DNA of 55,646 nucleotides, filler included, from Sanchytrium tribonematis (GCA_018985235.1; 4 parts of 4 records of this genome joined end to end with filler, not necessarily neighbours in it); one strand, 5' to 3'; shown: positions 33,754 through 44,200, counted from the first letter of the whole stretch. Notes: generated by a model not told the origin, from the sequence alone. Numbers and translations are program-made.

Positions 33754-34485
33754 TTATTGATCCATTAAGAGCATGATTCCTAAAACTTCTGATGGAAGCC
33801 ATGACTTGACTCTATTTTTTCGAAAATAATCTCTAGTAGTGTCGTTATCTACTTTTTTCAAATCATTATTATACTCATTTAAATCATCTGATTCCCATTG
33901 AGTCATTGTTTCACAATACTGATTTACAACTTCATTTACCACATTCACCTGATCAATACCTTTGTGAGGACGATTGATGAAAAACTTGTACATGAAATCT
34001 AAAAGAAGATTTGGAATTTTTCGATAATTGGAACCATTAATTACATTAACAAAAATAAGGCTCATTAATTTATAGTAGATTCCATCTTGGGTAAACATGC
34101 CACCCAATCTTAAAATACTGGTTAAAGTATAAGCTCCAATGAAATGATGGATTTTGTAGTGTTCTTCTGATTTTGTAAAATCAGACCCTCTGAATTGTTG
34201 TAATAACGATTGTGCGAATTGTGATCCGTAATAGAATGCATTGACTATCCAGCCAGGATCTTTATTTAAAAACTCTGGCCTTGGGTTTCCCAGCATATTC
34301 ATGTAATCTCTTTTTCTGTCTTCTTCTAAAACTGGACTCATATCTAAGGACAATAGATTATTGGTGTATGTTCTTTCATCCTGTTTTATTTTGATATCCC
34401 GCTGCTCGGATAGACTGAGTGATCTTTGAGTGCTTTTGACAGTACCATGATGCATCCCAAATACACACAACAATGCAAACAACAT
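33754..34485 (-). CDS. Lineage-specific putative secreted protein, family A copy 2
   Basis: Same MLFALLCVFGM leader, CCCC directly before ATG at 34485. Confidence 0.75.
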   Translation of the reverse strand: MLFALLCVFGMHHGTVKSTQRSLSLSEQRDIKIKQDERTYTNNLLSLDMSPVLEEDRKRDYMNMLGNPRPEFLNKDPGWIVNAFYYGSQFAQSLLQQFRGSDFTKSEEHYKIHHFIGAYTLTSILRLGGMFTQDGIYYKLMSLIFVNVINGSNYRKIPNLLLDFMYKFFINRPHKGIDQVNVVNEVVNQYCETMTQWESDDLNEYNNDLKKVDNDTTRDYFRKNRVKSWLPSEVLGIMLLMDQ

Positions 34486-34554
34486 GGGGAGGGTACTGTC
34501 AGTCTCTTTTATGATAAATTGGGGAAGCACGTGGTCACACCAAAACACTCCTGT

Positions 34555-34976
34555 CGTACAATTTTAGAATCATCAAATGGATCAAAAACTTTATTCCAGA
34601 TCAGCCAAATTTGAGCATATTTCTGCATCGGATCTCATTTCACAATGTCAATGGATCACCGATAATTTAAACTCACCCCAAATAGATTTCCATTTTGTTA
34701 AAGCACACTCAAATAACATCCTAAATAATTTTGTGGACTCGCTTCGTAATGTTAGTCTAGATCTTTTATTACCAGTGCCATTACAATTGGTTACACATTT
34801 AAAGAAAAACGAATCAGTCAGCTTCTAAGAAAACGGAAGCTTTTGAGCAATTTATTTATATTTTAACTGAGATCCAATCATTTTCTCATACTATACAACA
34901 TCGTATAGATCTACTGCGCCAAAAAACTTGATTTCATCTCCACCCAAAGAACCTTGTTCTTTTTAACAAAAAAAAA
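34555..34976 (+). mobile_element. Non-LTR retrotransposon-like relic (RNase H fragment + 3' end with A-tail)
   Basis: IDFHFVKAHSNNILNNFVDSL RNase H C-terminal motif; 34811-34976 repeated at 44199-44432; ends in A run. Confidence 0.6.
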
Positions 34977-35078
34977 GGACGCCCACAAATGACAAAATGA
35001 TCAAATAGAGGATCAAGTACTACTCAGTTTTGGCGAATATGTCAAATAACTCATTCAAATTGCAATTATTTATTAAAT

Positions 35079-35473
35079 TCACCCATAATTCAATCTGAAA
35101 ATATCATTTAATACGTAAAATCCTTCTCCTTCAGCCACCAAATTAAACACTTGTGCAAATTTCAATGGATTTGCATTATCATCTACTAATAATTGACCAG
35201 TCACCTAAATTAATTTAAATTTACACTAACTAGAATATAACCACCATCTGGATGAGATGGCTGTGCATCAATACTCTCTACTTTATGTTGCACTTTTTGA
35301 AATGGCAAATTGGTTAATTTTTCAGCGATTAATGCGGCACTTTGCGTATGATTGCCTTCAAAACTTAACATTGAGAAATCTCTATATAGTCCTTGTAAAT
35401 TGGATCTATTGGTGTCGAATGTTTGGTAGTAATAATTTACAAATTCTTTGGCAACTGCGTCAAAGTTGGACAT
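35079..35473 (-). CDS. NTF2: Nuclear transport factor 2 (exons 35473-35225, 35204-35079)
   Basis: [10 protein letters not shown]; spliced [12 protein letters not shown]...NDIFRLNYG*. Confidence 0.95.
35205..35224 (-). other. 20-nt intron GTAAATTTAAATTAATTTAG
   Basis: Restores NTF2 C-terminus. Confidence 0.92.
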
Positions 35474-35526
35474 GGTTTCAAAAAATATTAGAAGTTTCTA
35501 GAAGTTGCGAAATGGGTAATTTTATT

Positions 35527-35916
35527 TTAAGAGCTCCCTTGGTTGTTATCGTCGCCAGAGTCATTTAAATCAGGATCATTTGAGTCTGCTGAAGTATCTG
35601 TTGAGGGTTCTTGTGGATCTGCTGATGGTTCTGTAATGGCTGAATCTTTTAATGGATCCACTGTAGAATTCCAATTAGTAGATGTATCTGTCAAATTACC
35701 ACTACCTAATCCACCTGCTAATGAATTATCTGACTCACCTAACCCTGACAGTGCAGAATCTTTAGAATCGACTGTCTCGCCTTTCCCATCAGATGGCAAT
35801 CCATCCGTAAATGTATCTGGTTGATCAGCTGCCAATCCAATTGAAGAATGTATATCTCCATCTTCATTCTGGTTATTCATTTGTGGAATGGCAAATAAGA
35901 GTGTCAAGTAAATCAT
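35527..35916 (-). CDS. Acidic Asp/Ser-rich low-complexity putative secreted protein
   Basis: MIYLTLLFAIP leader then D/S/G/N-rich. Confidence 0.7.
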   Translation of the reverse strand: MIYLTLLFAIPQMNNQNEDGDIHSSIGLAADQPDTFTDGLPSDGKGETVDSKDSALSGLGESDNSLAGGLGSGNLTDTSTNWNSTVDPLKDSAITEPSADPQEPSTDTSADSNDPDLNDSGDDNNQGSS

Positions 35917-36139
35917 ATTTTAAATGGGATATTTGGGTTTAAATATCTCAAAAGAGTGATTCACAGATTGTATGAGACATCTCAGACAGACTCAGATGGT
36001 TCCAGACAATCTATTTGACTCTCTTGTCTGAAATGTGTCTGTGAATTCACAATCTTGTTTTAGTGCCAATCAAATTAAAGTGCGCAAATTAACAGACCTG
36101 GTAATGACTTGTGATATTACCGCAGAATGTGGAATTGGT

Positions 36140-36952
36140 TTATTTATAATTGAACATTTGAGATACTTTAACTTCCAATTTGCGAAATATTGTCAAGTAT
36201 TCACTTGGTAATTGCAAACAAGTAATGCTCACAGCACGTCGTTGTGGGGAATAAGTTGCTTGTTCTCTCATTCCCAATGATCCATGAATCGTAGAATCAT
36301 TAAAAAAGACACCTTGACCATGTTTCATATTTTCATAGTAATAAACTCTATTTTGTGACTGCATTTTAGAAACCAAAGATAATGGATATTCTGTAATGTC
36401 ATTTCCAACATTCACCCAATATGTGTATGAATTCACCACTTCATACATATTTAAATCCCATATATAATCCCTATCCTCATCTGTGAGTTTGTTCAAGACC
36501 TCGGGTGGAAATATATCTTCCAAAATAATTTTGGACAGTGTCTCGAAATCTTGGTGCATATCTGCTGGTGTCCAATTGACATTCAGTTGAAATACATTAA
36601 ATTCGTGACACAACAAGTCTAATCCCCACTTTTCCATAATTAAAGCCTCAATGGATTTCATAAATCCCAATTTTTGTGAACCAGTCTTGTATTTGATAAA
36701 TATTTTAAAGTTTTCCACAATTTTGAATCCGTTTAATTTTAAATTCTTTATATTTTTAAATTCTTCAAGAAGATTCTCCTCCAATTTATCAGTTACAAAT
36801 TCAAATCCATCTTCTTTCAACTTAAATTCGTTTGTATCACATTTGTAAATTTCAGTAATTTTAGTCATTTTTAATGGAAATTTAACAAGTGGCGTCAAAT
36901 ATTCATTAGTACTTGGTCTACATTCACCATAAATCAAGAATGGTAATAGCAT
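36140..36952 (-). CDS. Divergent AsaB/CmcJ/NvfI-like Fe(II)/2OG oxygenase
   Basis: FKLKEDGF, HQD, YWVNV..ITEYPL, YYYENM..GVFF...HGS, RRAV; alternative start 36985. Confidence 0.5.
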   Translation of the reverse strand: MLLPFLIYGECRPSTNEYLTPLVKFPLKMTKITEIYKCDTNEFKLKEDGFEFVTDKLEENLLEEFKNIKNLKLNGFKIVENFKIFIKYKTGSQKLGFMKSIEALIMEKWGLDLLCHEFNVFQLNVNWTPADMHQDFETLSKIILEDIFPPEVLNKLTDEDRDYIWDLNMYEVVNSYTYWVNVGNDITEYPLSLVSKMQSQNRVYYYENMKHGQGVFFNDSTIHGSLGMREQATYSPQRRAVSITCLQLPSEYLTIFRKLEVKVSQMFNYK

Positions 36953-37078
36953 GTCATTGAATTGGAATACAGTTATTAAATACATTTATGGTAACACGCC
37001 AAATTACACAAGTCACACACAAAGTTACACACTGTTTGACAAAGAGTCGCACAAATTACACAATTCAATTCAATGCAA

Positions 37079-37997
37079 TTATGCAGATTTATTAACCAAA
37101 TCAAAGGGGGGTCGAATAGTTCCTTGAAAAAACCCATGTGTCAATGCTTCTCTAGCACCAATCCGCAATTCTGGCTGTACACTCAATAATTTACCCAATA
37201 AATCCAATCCCAATACATCCAATGGGACTACACTTGAAATACTCCTAACGGGTAAATTGGGCATATTTTGCATCATGGAGTGATATTCTGGTAATTGGGT
37301 TAATCCTGGCCAAATAGTCTCATTGGGGGTACCAAATAAATGGAATATACGTAATAATTGATCCTGATTGTTCTTTCCTGGGAATAATGGCCTTTTAATC
37401 ACCATTTCTGCTAAAATACAGCCAATACTAAATGAAATTAAAATACCTCCAAATATCAATGGTAGTCGTGTAATTTCGACTACCTAGGAGCACATCTGGT
37501 GATCTGTACCATAATGTGACTACTTCATGGCTAAATGTGTTGACGGGAATGCCAAATGCCCTAGCTAATCCGAAATCACCAATTTTGAGCCATCCTTGAT
37601 TTGTTAACAGGATATTTTGTGGTTTTAAATCTCTGTGGAGTATACGTTGTTGATGGCAATATGCAATACCATCCATTAATTGAAAAGTAAATGATTTGAT
37701 CATATCTGTCGTCAAAGTCATTAAATCCATACATTTCTTTAAATCTAAATCCATAAATTCAAAGACTAATAAAAGAATAGATTCTGTATGAACGACTTCA
37801 ATTAATGATAGGATATTTGGATGGTTTAATTCTTTCATTAATGAGATTTCACGGATGGCAGTGGATGGGGCACCTTCTTCAGGATCTAAAGTGATTTCTT
37901 TTAAGGCACAAATTTGATTGGTGTGGATGTTGATGGCTTTGGTGACGATGGCATAAGTGCCTTCACCTAATTTTTCTAATCTGCGATAGTTTTGCAT
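37079..37997 (-). CDS. PHO85: PHO85-like cyclin-dependent kinase (exons 37997-37447, 37427-37079)
   Basis: [24 protein letters not shown], spliced [12 protein letters not shown]. Confidence 0.85.
37428..37446 (-). other. 19-nt intron GTATTTTAATTTCATTTAG
   Basis: Restores kinase subdomain IX DIWSIGC. Confidence 0.93.
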
Positions 37998-38025
37998 GAA
38001 GAGACTGGGGTGTTTTAAAAATTAT

Positions 38026-39078
38026 TTATTTGCGTTTTTTGAATCGCATTTGTCCTGGCATCATACCTGGTGCGCCCATGCCTGGTGCCATTCCCATTCC
38101 CATGGCTGGATTGCCCATTTGATTCTGCATCATTGGATTCATGGGTTGTGCTGGAAAAGGTTGTTGCATGCCTACAGGCCCTGCTACTTGTGGTGGTCGT
38201 GGTGTATTTCTGAATAAAGTGGCTGCTAATACACCTAATGTGCCTAATATACCAGCAGCAGCAACAAATGGGAGGGCACCTGATCCACTGCCATGATGAG
38301 ATTCTACTCCGTGGGTCACAGCACTTTGCGCCCTTTCAGCAGCACCTTCAGCAGTACTAGTTGCTGAGCCACTTCTACGGAATGGATTCCAGCTTCTTCC
38401 TGAAGGTGTTGTCGATTGTGTTTGCGACTGACCATGTTGAAATTTAGGTTGATAATAATGATTGTTTTGTTTGTTAAGACCAGCTATTTGCTGTTGCAAT
38501 TCATTTGTATGTTTACTACCATAATATTCTGATGGTTTCATCAGTTGATTTATATTAAATGATTCAGTTTTGGAAGCCTTAAAAGATTCAGCATTATCTT
38601 GAATAGCCTTAATGACTTGAGCTTCATCCACATCATTGCCACTAATCAAATTGAATAAATCTGATTGATATTTTAATCCATACGCTTGAAGATCCATTTT
38701 ATATGCATTTTCTTTTGTGGCTTGTGATGCTGGAAATTCAAATTTTGGAACCGGTTTAAATTCCCCAGTTTCTTGATTATACTCATAAATGAAATTTCGA
38801 TCGAGATGTCTTGCGTTGTATTTTATGACTTGTAGTCGAGTTGCATCACTCGTTCTAAATTCTTTCAAAATATCATCAGCGGATCTCGTATGTAATTCAT
38901 TAAATCTTGTACGAATAAAGTTTTTAAATCCTTCATTGGCATCAGTATTTGGAAATTCGCTATTGTATTTGTGAAGCAGTTGTTGCAATTTGTTACGCTG
39001 TTCTAGATCAGCAGGTGCTGGAACATCATCAAAGATATGTTCTAATTTAATAGCTAATAAACAAAAATAAAATAACAT
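38026..39078 (-). CDS. Putative type I membrane protein with Pro/Gly/Met/Gln-rich tail
   Basis: MLFYFCLLA leader; TM LPFVAAAGILGTLGVLAATLF. Confidence 0.7.
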   Translation of the reverse strand: MLFYFCLLAIKLEHIFDDVPAPADLEQRNKLQQLLHKYNSEFPNTDANEGFKNFIRTRFNELHTRSADDILKEFRTSDATRLQVIKYNARHLDRNFIYEYNQETGEFKPVPKFEFPASQATKENAYKMDLQAYGLKYQSDLFNLISGNDVDEAQVIKAIQDNAESFKASKTESFNINQLMKPSEYYGSKHTNELQQQIAGLNKQNNHYYQPKFQHGQSQTQSTTPSGRSWNPFRRSGSATSTAEGAAERAQSAVTHGVESHHGSGSGALPFVAAAGILGTLGVLAATLFRNTPRPPQVAGPVGMQQPFPAQPMNPMMQNQMGNPAMGMGMAPGMGAPGMMPGQMRFKKRK

Positions 39079-39296
39079 GTTGTATGGGATATCCTTTTGA
39101 TTTTGTATGATTGTGATTGTATTTGTGAGAGACTCCTTGTTGTACAAATCCAATCAGATTGGATGTGGGGTGATACAGAGTGGGGACAAGTTTGAAACAG
39201 TGTGACAATTGGGTACAATGTATGACAATGGGATTTGATGGAACTAGAGAGATTTGGATGATTTGAAAATATAGCAAGTGATGATCATAAGTTTAT

Positions 39297-40316
39297 TCAA
39301 ACTCGTGGTTCTACTTTTGGTTTGCCATCTCCTTCGACTTTACCACTTGGGACTCCTTCACCCTCACCTGGGACAAAAAAATCAGCTGGTGGCACTTCGT
39401 TCAGAGGTCCAACTTCACCCACCTGAACTGTTCTTGTATCTGGTCGATTTTCTGCGGCGCTTGCAGCATTTACGGCACGAGTAAGAGCATCAATATCAAG
39501 TGTATCAATTCTACCTGTTACTGGTTCAACTCTATCACTTGATGAAATTAATCCTTTTTCTTGCAATTTTTTGACTCCGGCTTCAAACACCTTCCAAAAA
39601 GGCTCTCTTATTATTTTATCAAAGAAAACCTTACCAACCACTGCAACAAGAATCGGACTCGAAACTGCTCCTATTGCTGAAACCGCTGCAATAAATGCGA
39701 CGCCAGTGATACAAACTTTTACAGACATGATTGCTTTTTTGGTTGGTGATAAATCTTTAAATGTTTGCAAAGCCGATTTCGTCTGTAAATTTGCAGAAAT
39801 ATAGATGCTTTTTGCTTTTTGAAGACTAGTAAGATCAGATTCAGATGAATTGTCTTCTGAGGTTGGTTGCTGTTCGTGCGTTTTCGAATCTGCTTCTTCA
39901 ATCGCTTCTTTTAGTGCTTGTGATACTTGTTTGTTCGTGAGCATATCTCGAATAGATTCTTGAAACTCTGAATTGCTCAGCCAACGGAGCAATTCAACTT
40001 GAGATTCACTTAATTCTGAAGCTTGATTCGAATCTATATTCGTAGATCTAAAACTTGCTTCCAAACTCTCTTCAGGAATGGTGAACAAAGGATATTTCTC
40101 CAAATAAGATCTCACTGCCTCTAAATTATCTTTACCTGCAACCGATAACAAGCGTCTTAAATTTTCTTCTTGTTCTGCCGCCATTTTCTTTGCTTCTTCA
40201 GAACTGGGTAATGTTTCTAATGATAAAACATTAACCGAAGATTGTGATGGTGTTCGTAACAAGCCACTTAACCCTTTTAGTATTGGTGGTAATGCAAAGA
40301 CAGTCAACCATAACAT
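39297..40316 (-). CDS. Putative secreted/membrane protein, family B
   Basis: MLWLTVFALPP leader, long hydrophobic segment, PGEGEG tail. Confidence 0.7.
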   Translation of the reverse strand: MLWLTVFALPPILKGLSGLLRTPSQSSVNVLSLETLPSSEEAKKMAAEQEENLRRLLSVAGKDNLEAVRSYLEKYPLFTIPEESLEASFRSTNIDSNQASELSESQVELLRWLSNSEFQESIRDMLTNKQVSQALKEAIEEADSKTHEQQPTSEDNSSESDLTSLQKAKSIYISANLQTKSALQTFKDLSPTKKAIMSVKVCITGVAFIAAVSAIGAVSSPILVAVVGKVFFDKIIREPFWKVFEAGVKKLQEKGLISSSDRVEPVTGRIDTLDIDALTRAVNAASAAENRPDTRTVQVGEVGPLNEVPPADFFVPGEGEGVPSGKVEGDGKPKVEPRV

Positions 40317-40468
40317 TTTGTCTCTTGGTCTCTCTCTCTTTTAACTTGCAACACAGTACTGTGTCATTTATTTCCCCCAATCACAGTCTTAAATTACGTC
40401 TATTTTGAAATGAATCTCATAAAGACACAGACTGTGCTGCAAAATAGCGAATTTACCCCAAACATCAT

Positions 40469-40564
40469 TTATTCAATTTTAACTGTCCCTTCTCCTTCTC
40501 CTGGTCCCTCGTTTGTGCCAGTAGTATCAATGCCATCGATACCATCTATTGAAATAGCTGGATC
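40469..40564 (-). pseudogene. 3' remnant of a family B paralogue (DPAISIDGIDGIDTTGTNEGPGEGEGTVKIE*)
   Basis: Near-identical to 40826-40864; PGEGEG shared with 39297 tail. Confidence 0.65.
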
Positions 40565-40747
40565 CCGCTTTTGGTGGTTATACGACTTAATCAAGTTGAA
40601 ACCTATCTAAAAAATCACCTGGAGCTTCATTTGGAAATAATCCTATTAGGTGGTTCAATGGTGATGATAATAGATTATCAAGATATTTTCTTGGATCATC
40701 ACAAGAAGATTGGAAACAAATTTGAAATATTTAAATATTGAATATTT

Positions 40748-41530
40748 TTATTTAATAAATCTAAATCTTGGTTCTGCTTCTGTGAATCCACTATCTGATC
40801 CACCTCGTTCCCCACCTGCTTCTCCATCAATGCCATCAATACCATCTATTGAAATAGCTGGATCTGCGGGTGGCGTATATTTTGGATCTGTAATTGGAAA
40901 ATCAGGCTGTTCATTTACCCCAGTACCCTCTGAATGTCCATCTTTACCTACATTGGCAACTGCATCACCCATTTCATGAAATGCATCTGGTTTTATTGGA
41001 GTATCAACAACATTATTGGAATGCGTTGAAACCAAATTTGAAAATGATTTCCAAATGGGTTTTTTCATCATGTATTCAACTAATGAGCTTATTACATTGC
41101 CTGGTAATTTCAGCAAATATCTCAATCCTTTGACAAATAATTTAGCAGTAGCAATGGTGCGCTGACGTGTTGTTTGAGATTGTAATTTTTCGTAATATTG
41201 TTTTTGTGCTGCTAAAAAATCAGGTGATAATTCTCCGTCATAATAAGTTGTTAAAGTAGATAGAACATCTTGATCCCCAAAAAGTTCAAGGGTGACTTGT
41301 TCTTCTGCTGTTTCATCACCTTCTGGAATGGATTCTAATTTATCAATATTCAATGCACCTTGTTTTAACAATAAAATTCCTTCTAAAATAGATGGATGTA
41401 GCTGTTGAGCCATTGGTCCTTGCGCATTTAACAGATCTAATGGGCTCTCTTTGATACGTCTTACTTTTGGATGTCTTTGAAGTGATGGTTTCACAAATGG
41501 AATGGCAAATAGAAGTGAATGAAGAATCAT
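40748..41530 (-). CDS. Putative secreted protein, family B
   Basis: MILHSLLFAIP leader; KPIWKSF resembles REPFWKVF of 39297 gene; SIDGIDGID tail. Confidence 0.7.
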   Translation of the reverse strand: MILHSLLFAIPFVKPSLQRHPKVRRIKESPLDLLNAQGPMAQQLHPSILEGILLLKQGALNIDKLESIPEGDETAEEQVTLELFGDQDVLSTLTTYYDGELSPDFLAAQKQYYEKLQSQTTRQRTIATAKLFVKGLRYLLKLPGNVISSLVEYMMKKPIWKSFSNLVSTHSNNVVDTPIKPDAFHEMGDAVANVGKDGHSEGTGVNEQPDFPITDPKYTPPADPAISIDGIDGIDGEAGGERGGSDSGFTEAEPRFRFIK

Positions 41531-41719
41531 TTGAATGCCATGGGAGCGCATTGCTCCTTTTATGGATTGACACAGAGAATCAAAATATATGTCACGAATC
41601 ACAGCATCAGAATGAAATGACACAGGATTTGACTGCAAAACTGATTATGGGAGAGAGTCAGACCCATTTGACTGCCATTAGAATAGAAATGGGAGAGATG
41701 TTTGAAAAAATATATTTGT

Positions 41720-41794
41720 TTATTTGACCATTGCTCTGACTGGAGTTCTCTCTGTTTTCCCAACACCATCTCTAATACCTGGTACCTCTAATCC
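41720..41794 (-). CDS. 3' end of a gene cut by contig end (…GLEVPGIRDGVGKTERTPVRAMVK*)
   Basis: 25 open codons, stop overlapping AATAAA. Confidence 0.4.
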   Translation of the reverse strand, partial: GLEVPGIRDGVGKTERTPVRAMVK

Positions 41795-41894
41795 NNNNNN
41801 NNNNNNNNNNNNNNNNNNNNNNNNNNNNNNNNNNNNNNTTAATTAATTAANNNNNNNNNNNNNNNNNNNNNNNNNNNNNNNNNNNNNNNNNNNN
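41795..41894. other. Artificial contig spacer
   Basis: N-TTAATTAATTAA-N, 100 nt. Confidence 0.98.
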
Positions 41895-41950
41895 TTCAAA
41901 CATGTTGGGTGTTTGAGGGAGCATTTGGCGAAGATACAATTTTGATTTAT

Positions 41951-42362
41951 TTACCAGTAAGCTGGAGGTGGTGCATCGCCAGATTCATCTGATGTAGGTG
42001 GAATGCCCTGTCCTCCCAAAGTATCAGTAGTCTCAGTGAGAGTGGCTGTTTCTCCTAAATTGGTCACTTCTGTTGATTGACCTCCATCTTCTGATTCAGT
42101 GTCAACTGTCCCTGCGGTGTATGGTGTTACTTCTTCAGTAGAAGTGTCTGCTCCACCTTTTTTACCTTTCTTACTTTTCTTTCCTTTCTTAAGCTTTTTG
42201 GCTTTTTTCTGTTTTTTTGGGTTGTTTCGTTCCTTTGTTTCCAGACCCATGTGCCTTTACAGCTGATTTTCCATGTGATTTGCCAGTTGAAACTGTCGCT
42301 TTAGTGGACCCATAAGCTTTGGTTGGGAATGCAGCAACAAGAACAAGTAGAATCCAGATCAT
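41951..42362 (-). pseudogene. Putative secreted Lys-rich/acidic protein with a +1 frameshift, likely in A7 run (error or real)
   Basis: MIWILLVLVAAFP leader; removing one A at 42212-42218 gives QPKKQKKAKKLKKGKKSKKGKKGGAD...PPPAYW. Confidence 0.6.
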
Positions 42363-42580
42363 GATATACCTAAATGGGAAATCAACGAATTTATAGTCCA
42401 TTACATAGCAAAGGCCACTTGTGATACCTTTGCAAATGAAATCCGACACCAATCAAATTCTTAAAAAGTCATTTGCAAGCTGCAAGTCACATACAAGTGG
42501 CTGCAGCACCATTTACGGTTAATTAGATTGATGCTTGATTGAATTAACTATGCCCATCTCTTGCTTCTCTTCATGTCAAA

Positions 42581-43306
42581 ATGGGATCAAACATGTCTCG
42601 ATTCACTCCGCTTAATCAAGTGAAATTATCCAATGTCAGCATCGTCAGGTTAAAAAAGGGCGGTAAACGATTCGAATTAGCCTGTTATAAGAACAAAATA
42701 ACAGATTATAGAAATGGTCTAGATACCAATCTAGATAATATTTTACAAATTGATCAAATATTCATGAATGTCAGCAAAGGATTAGTCGCAAATCAAAAAG
42801 ATTTATCCATATTCAACAAACCACAAGATCAAATCATCATGGAGATATTAACAAAGGGAGATATTCAATTAGGCGAATTAGAAAGAAAAGATCAATATTC
42901 TCAAATAGAGAAAGAAATAGCCCATTGGATCACTGAAAACACAGTTCATCCATCCACCAATAAGCCATATTCACTAGGCATTATTGAGAAGTCTATTAAA
43001 CAAGTCCATTTTAGCATTAATATTCATAAAAATACAAAACAGCAAGCCATTGAAGTATTGAAATTAATTCAAAATGAGAATGTATTAGAAATCACCAGAG
43101 TGCAATTAAAAGTGCGTGTCACACTACCACATAAATATAAGCAAATTTATACAGATATTAAAGCATTTATCCAAATTGAAGAAGAATCAGTCGAAGATGA
43201 ATTGGAAGTATTTGGGAGTATTGAGCCAAATGCATATAAGCAAATACAAGATATGATGAAGCAGACGAAAGGAAAAGGACGTGTTGAATTGGTAACAGTG
43301 AAATAA
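42581..43306 (+). CDS. SDO1: Ribosome maturation protein SBDS/Sdo1
   Basis: TPLNQVKLSNVSIVRLKKGGKRFELACYKNK, IFMNVSKG. Confidence 0.95.
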   Translation: MGSNMSRFTPLNQVKLSNVSIVRLKKGGKRFELACYKNKITDYRNGLDTNLDNILQIDQIFMNVSKGLVANQKDLSIFNKPQDQIIMEILTKGDIQLGELERKDQYSQIEKEIAHWITENTVHPSTNKPYSLGIIEKSIKQVHFSINIHKNTKQQAIEVLKLIQNENVLEITRVQLKVRVTLPHKYKQIYTDIKAFIQIEEESVEDELEVFGSIEPNAYKQIQDMMKQTKGKGRVELVTVK

Positions 43307-43353
43307 ACTTATTTATTCAATACATTTGCCAAAATACCCCTGAAACCACAAAA

Positions 43354-44052
43354 ATGACGCGTGAAGAAAATAGAAGATTATTTCGTGCCATGTATGATAA
43401 AACCAAATCAGCATATCACAATCAAGTGCATGACATCAAATACACCTATCCAGATAGTAATTTGAAATTACAACCACGTTTTAATTCATCCATTCCTACA
43501 TTAATCCCCACTTTAAATGACTGTATTGAAGATATTTTCACATATCAATCTGGTCAGACATTACTCATCAATAGTGCATCATCATTCAAAATGGGTGGTG
43601 GCGTCGTAAATGGCAGTACAGCACAAGAAGAACATTTGTGTAGATGGTCTAATTTATATCATTTTTTAGAATCATCTCATCAAAACCAACCATGGCCATT
43701 AAGACATAGAGTATCCTCTATTTATTGCAAGAATGTTCATTTTTATCATCCCAAAAATGAATCAGAAATGGATGTCAATGTTGTTTCATTATTTTCATCT
43801 AAATTTGCAACTAATCCCAATACATTTGCATTGCATTATAATATATTCAAGCATCTCGTTTATTGGATCAACCAATGCCATATTCAAACTGTCATTTTAG
43901 TGCCTGTAGGATGTGGTGTATTTAAACATGATCCACAAATTGTTGCAAATGCATTAAAATCAGTGTTAGATGAATTTGAATGTCATTGTAAGACTATTTA
44001 TGTGTCTTGTTATAATAATCAAAATAATTTTGATTGTTTTTCAAATGAATAA
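43354..44052 (+). CDS. Bacterial-type PARG / DUF2263 (TIGR02452-like) macrodomain protein
   Basis: NSASSFKMGGGVVNGSTAQEEHLCRWSNLY and GCGVFKHDP. Confidence 0.85.
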   Translation: MTREENRRLFRAMYDKTKSAYHNQVHDIKYTYPDSNLKLQPRFNSSIPTLIPTLNDCIEDIFTYQSGQTLLINSASSFKMGGGVVNGSTAQEEHLCRWSNLYHFLESSHQNQPWPLRHRVSSIYCKNVHFYHPKNESEMDVNVVSLFSSKFATNPNTFALHYNIFKHLVYWINQCHIQTVILVPVGCGVFKHDPQIVANALKSVLDEFECHCKTIYVSCYNNQNNFDCFSNE

Positions 44053-44059
44053 ATGACAT

Positions 44060-44200
44060 TTATTGAACATTTTCTGTCATTTGTTGTTCTGATTGTAACT
44101 GCTGTTGCTGTTGCTTCTTTGAATCTGATATCATTTCCTTGAAATCAACCCATGTTACAATTCCAAATGAAACTGCAACGAATCCAAAAATGAATGTGAA
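44060..44200 (-). pseudogene. 3' fragment of a membrane-protein gene, cut by retroelement relic
   Basis: FTFIFGFVAVSFGIVTWVDFKEM...QQQQQ...ENVQ*, no start. Confidence 0.45.

Noticed and set aside
13114..37446. Split conserved ORFs as sequencing frameshifts, pseudogenes or programmed frameshifting
   Set aside because: Each break holds a 19-20-nt GT..AG insert with a shared consensus whose removal restores the exact conserved sequence
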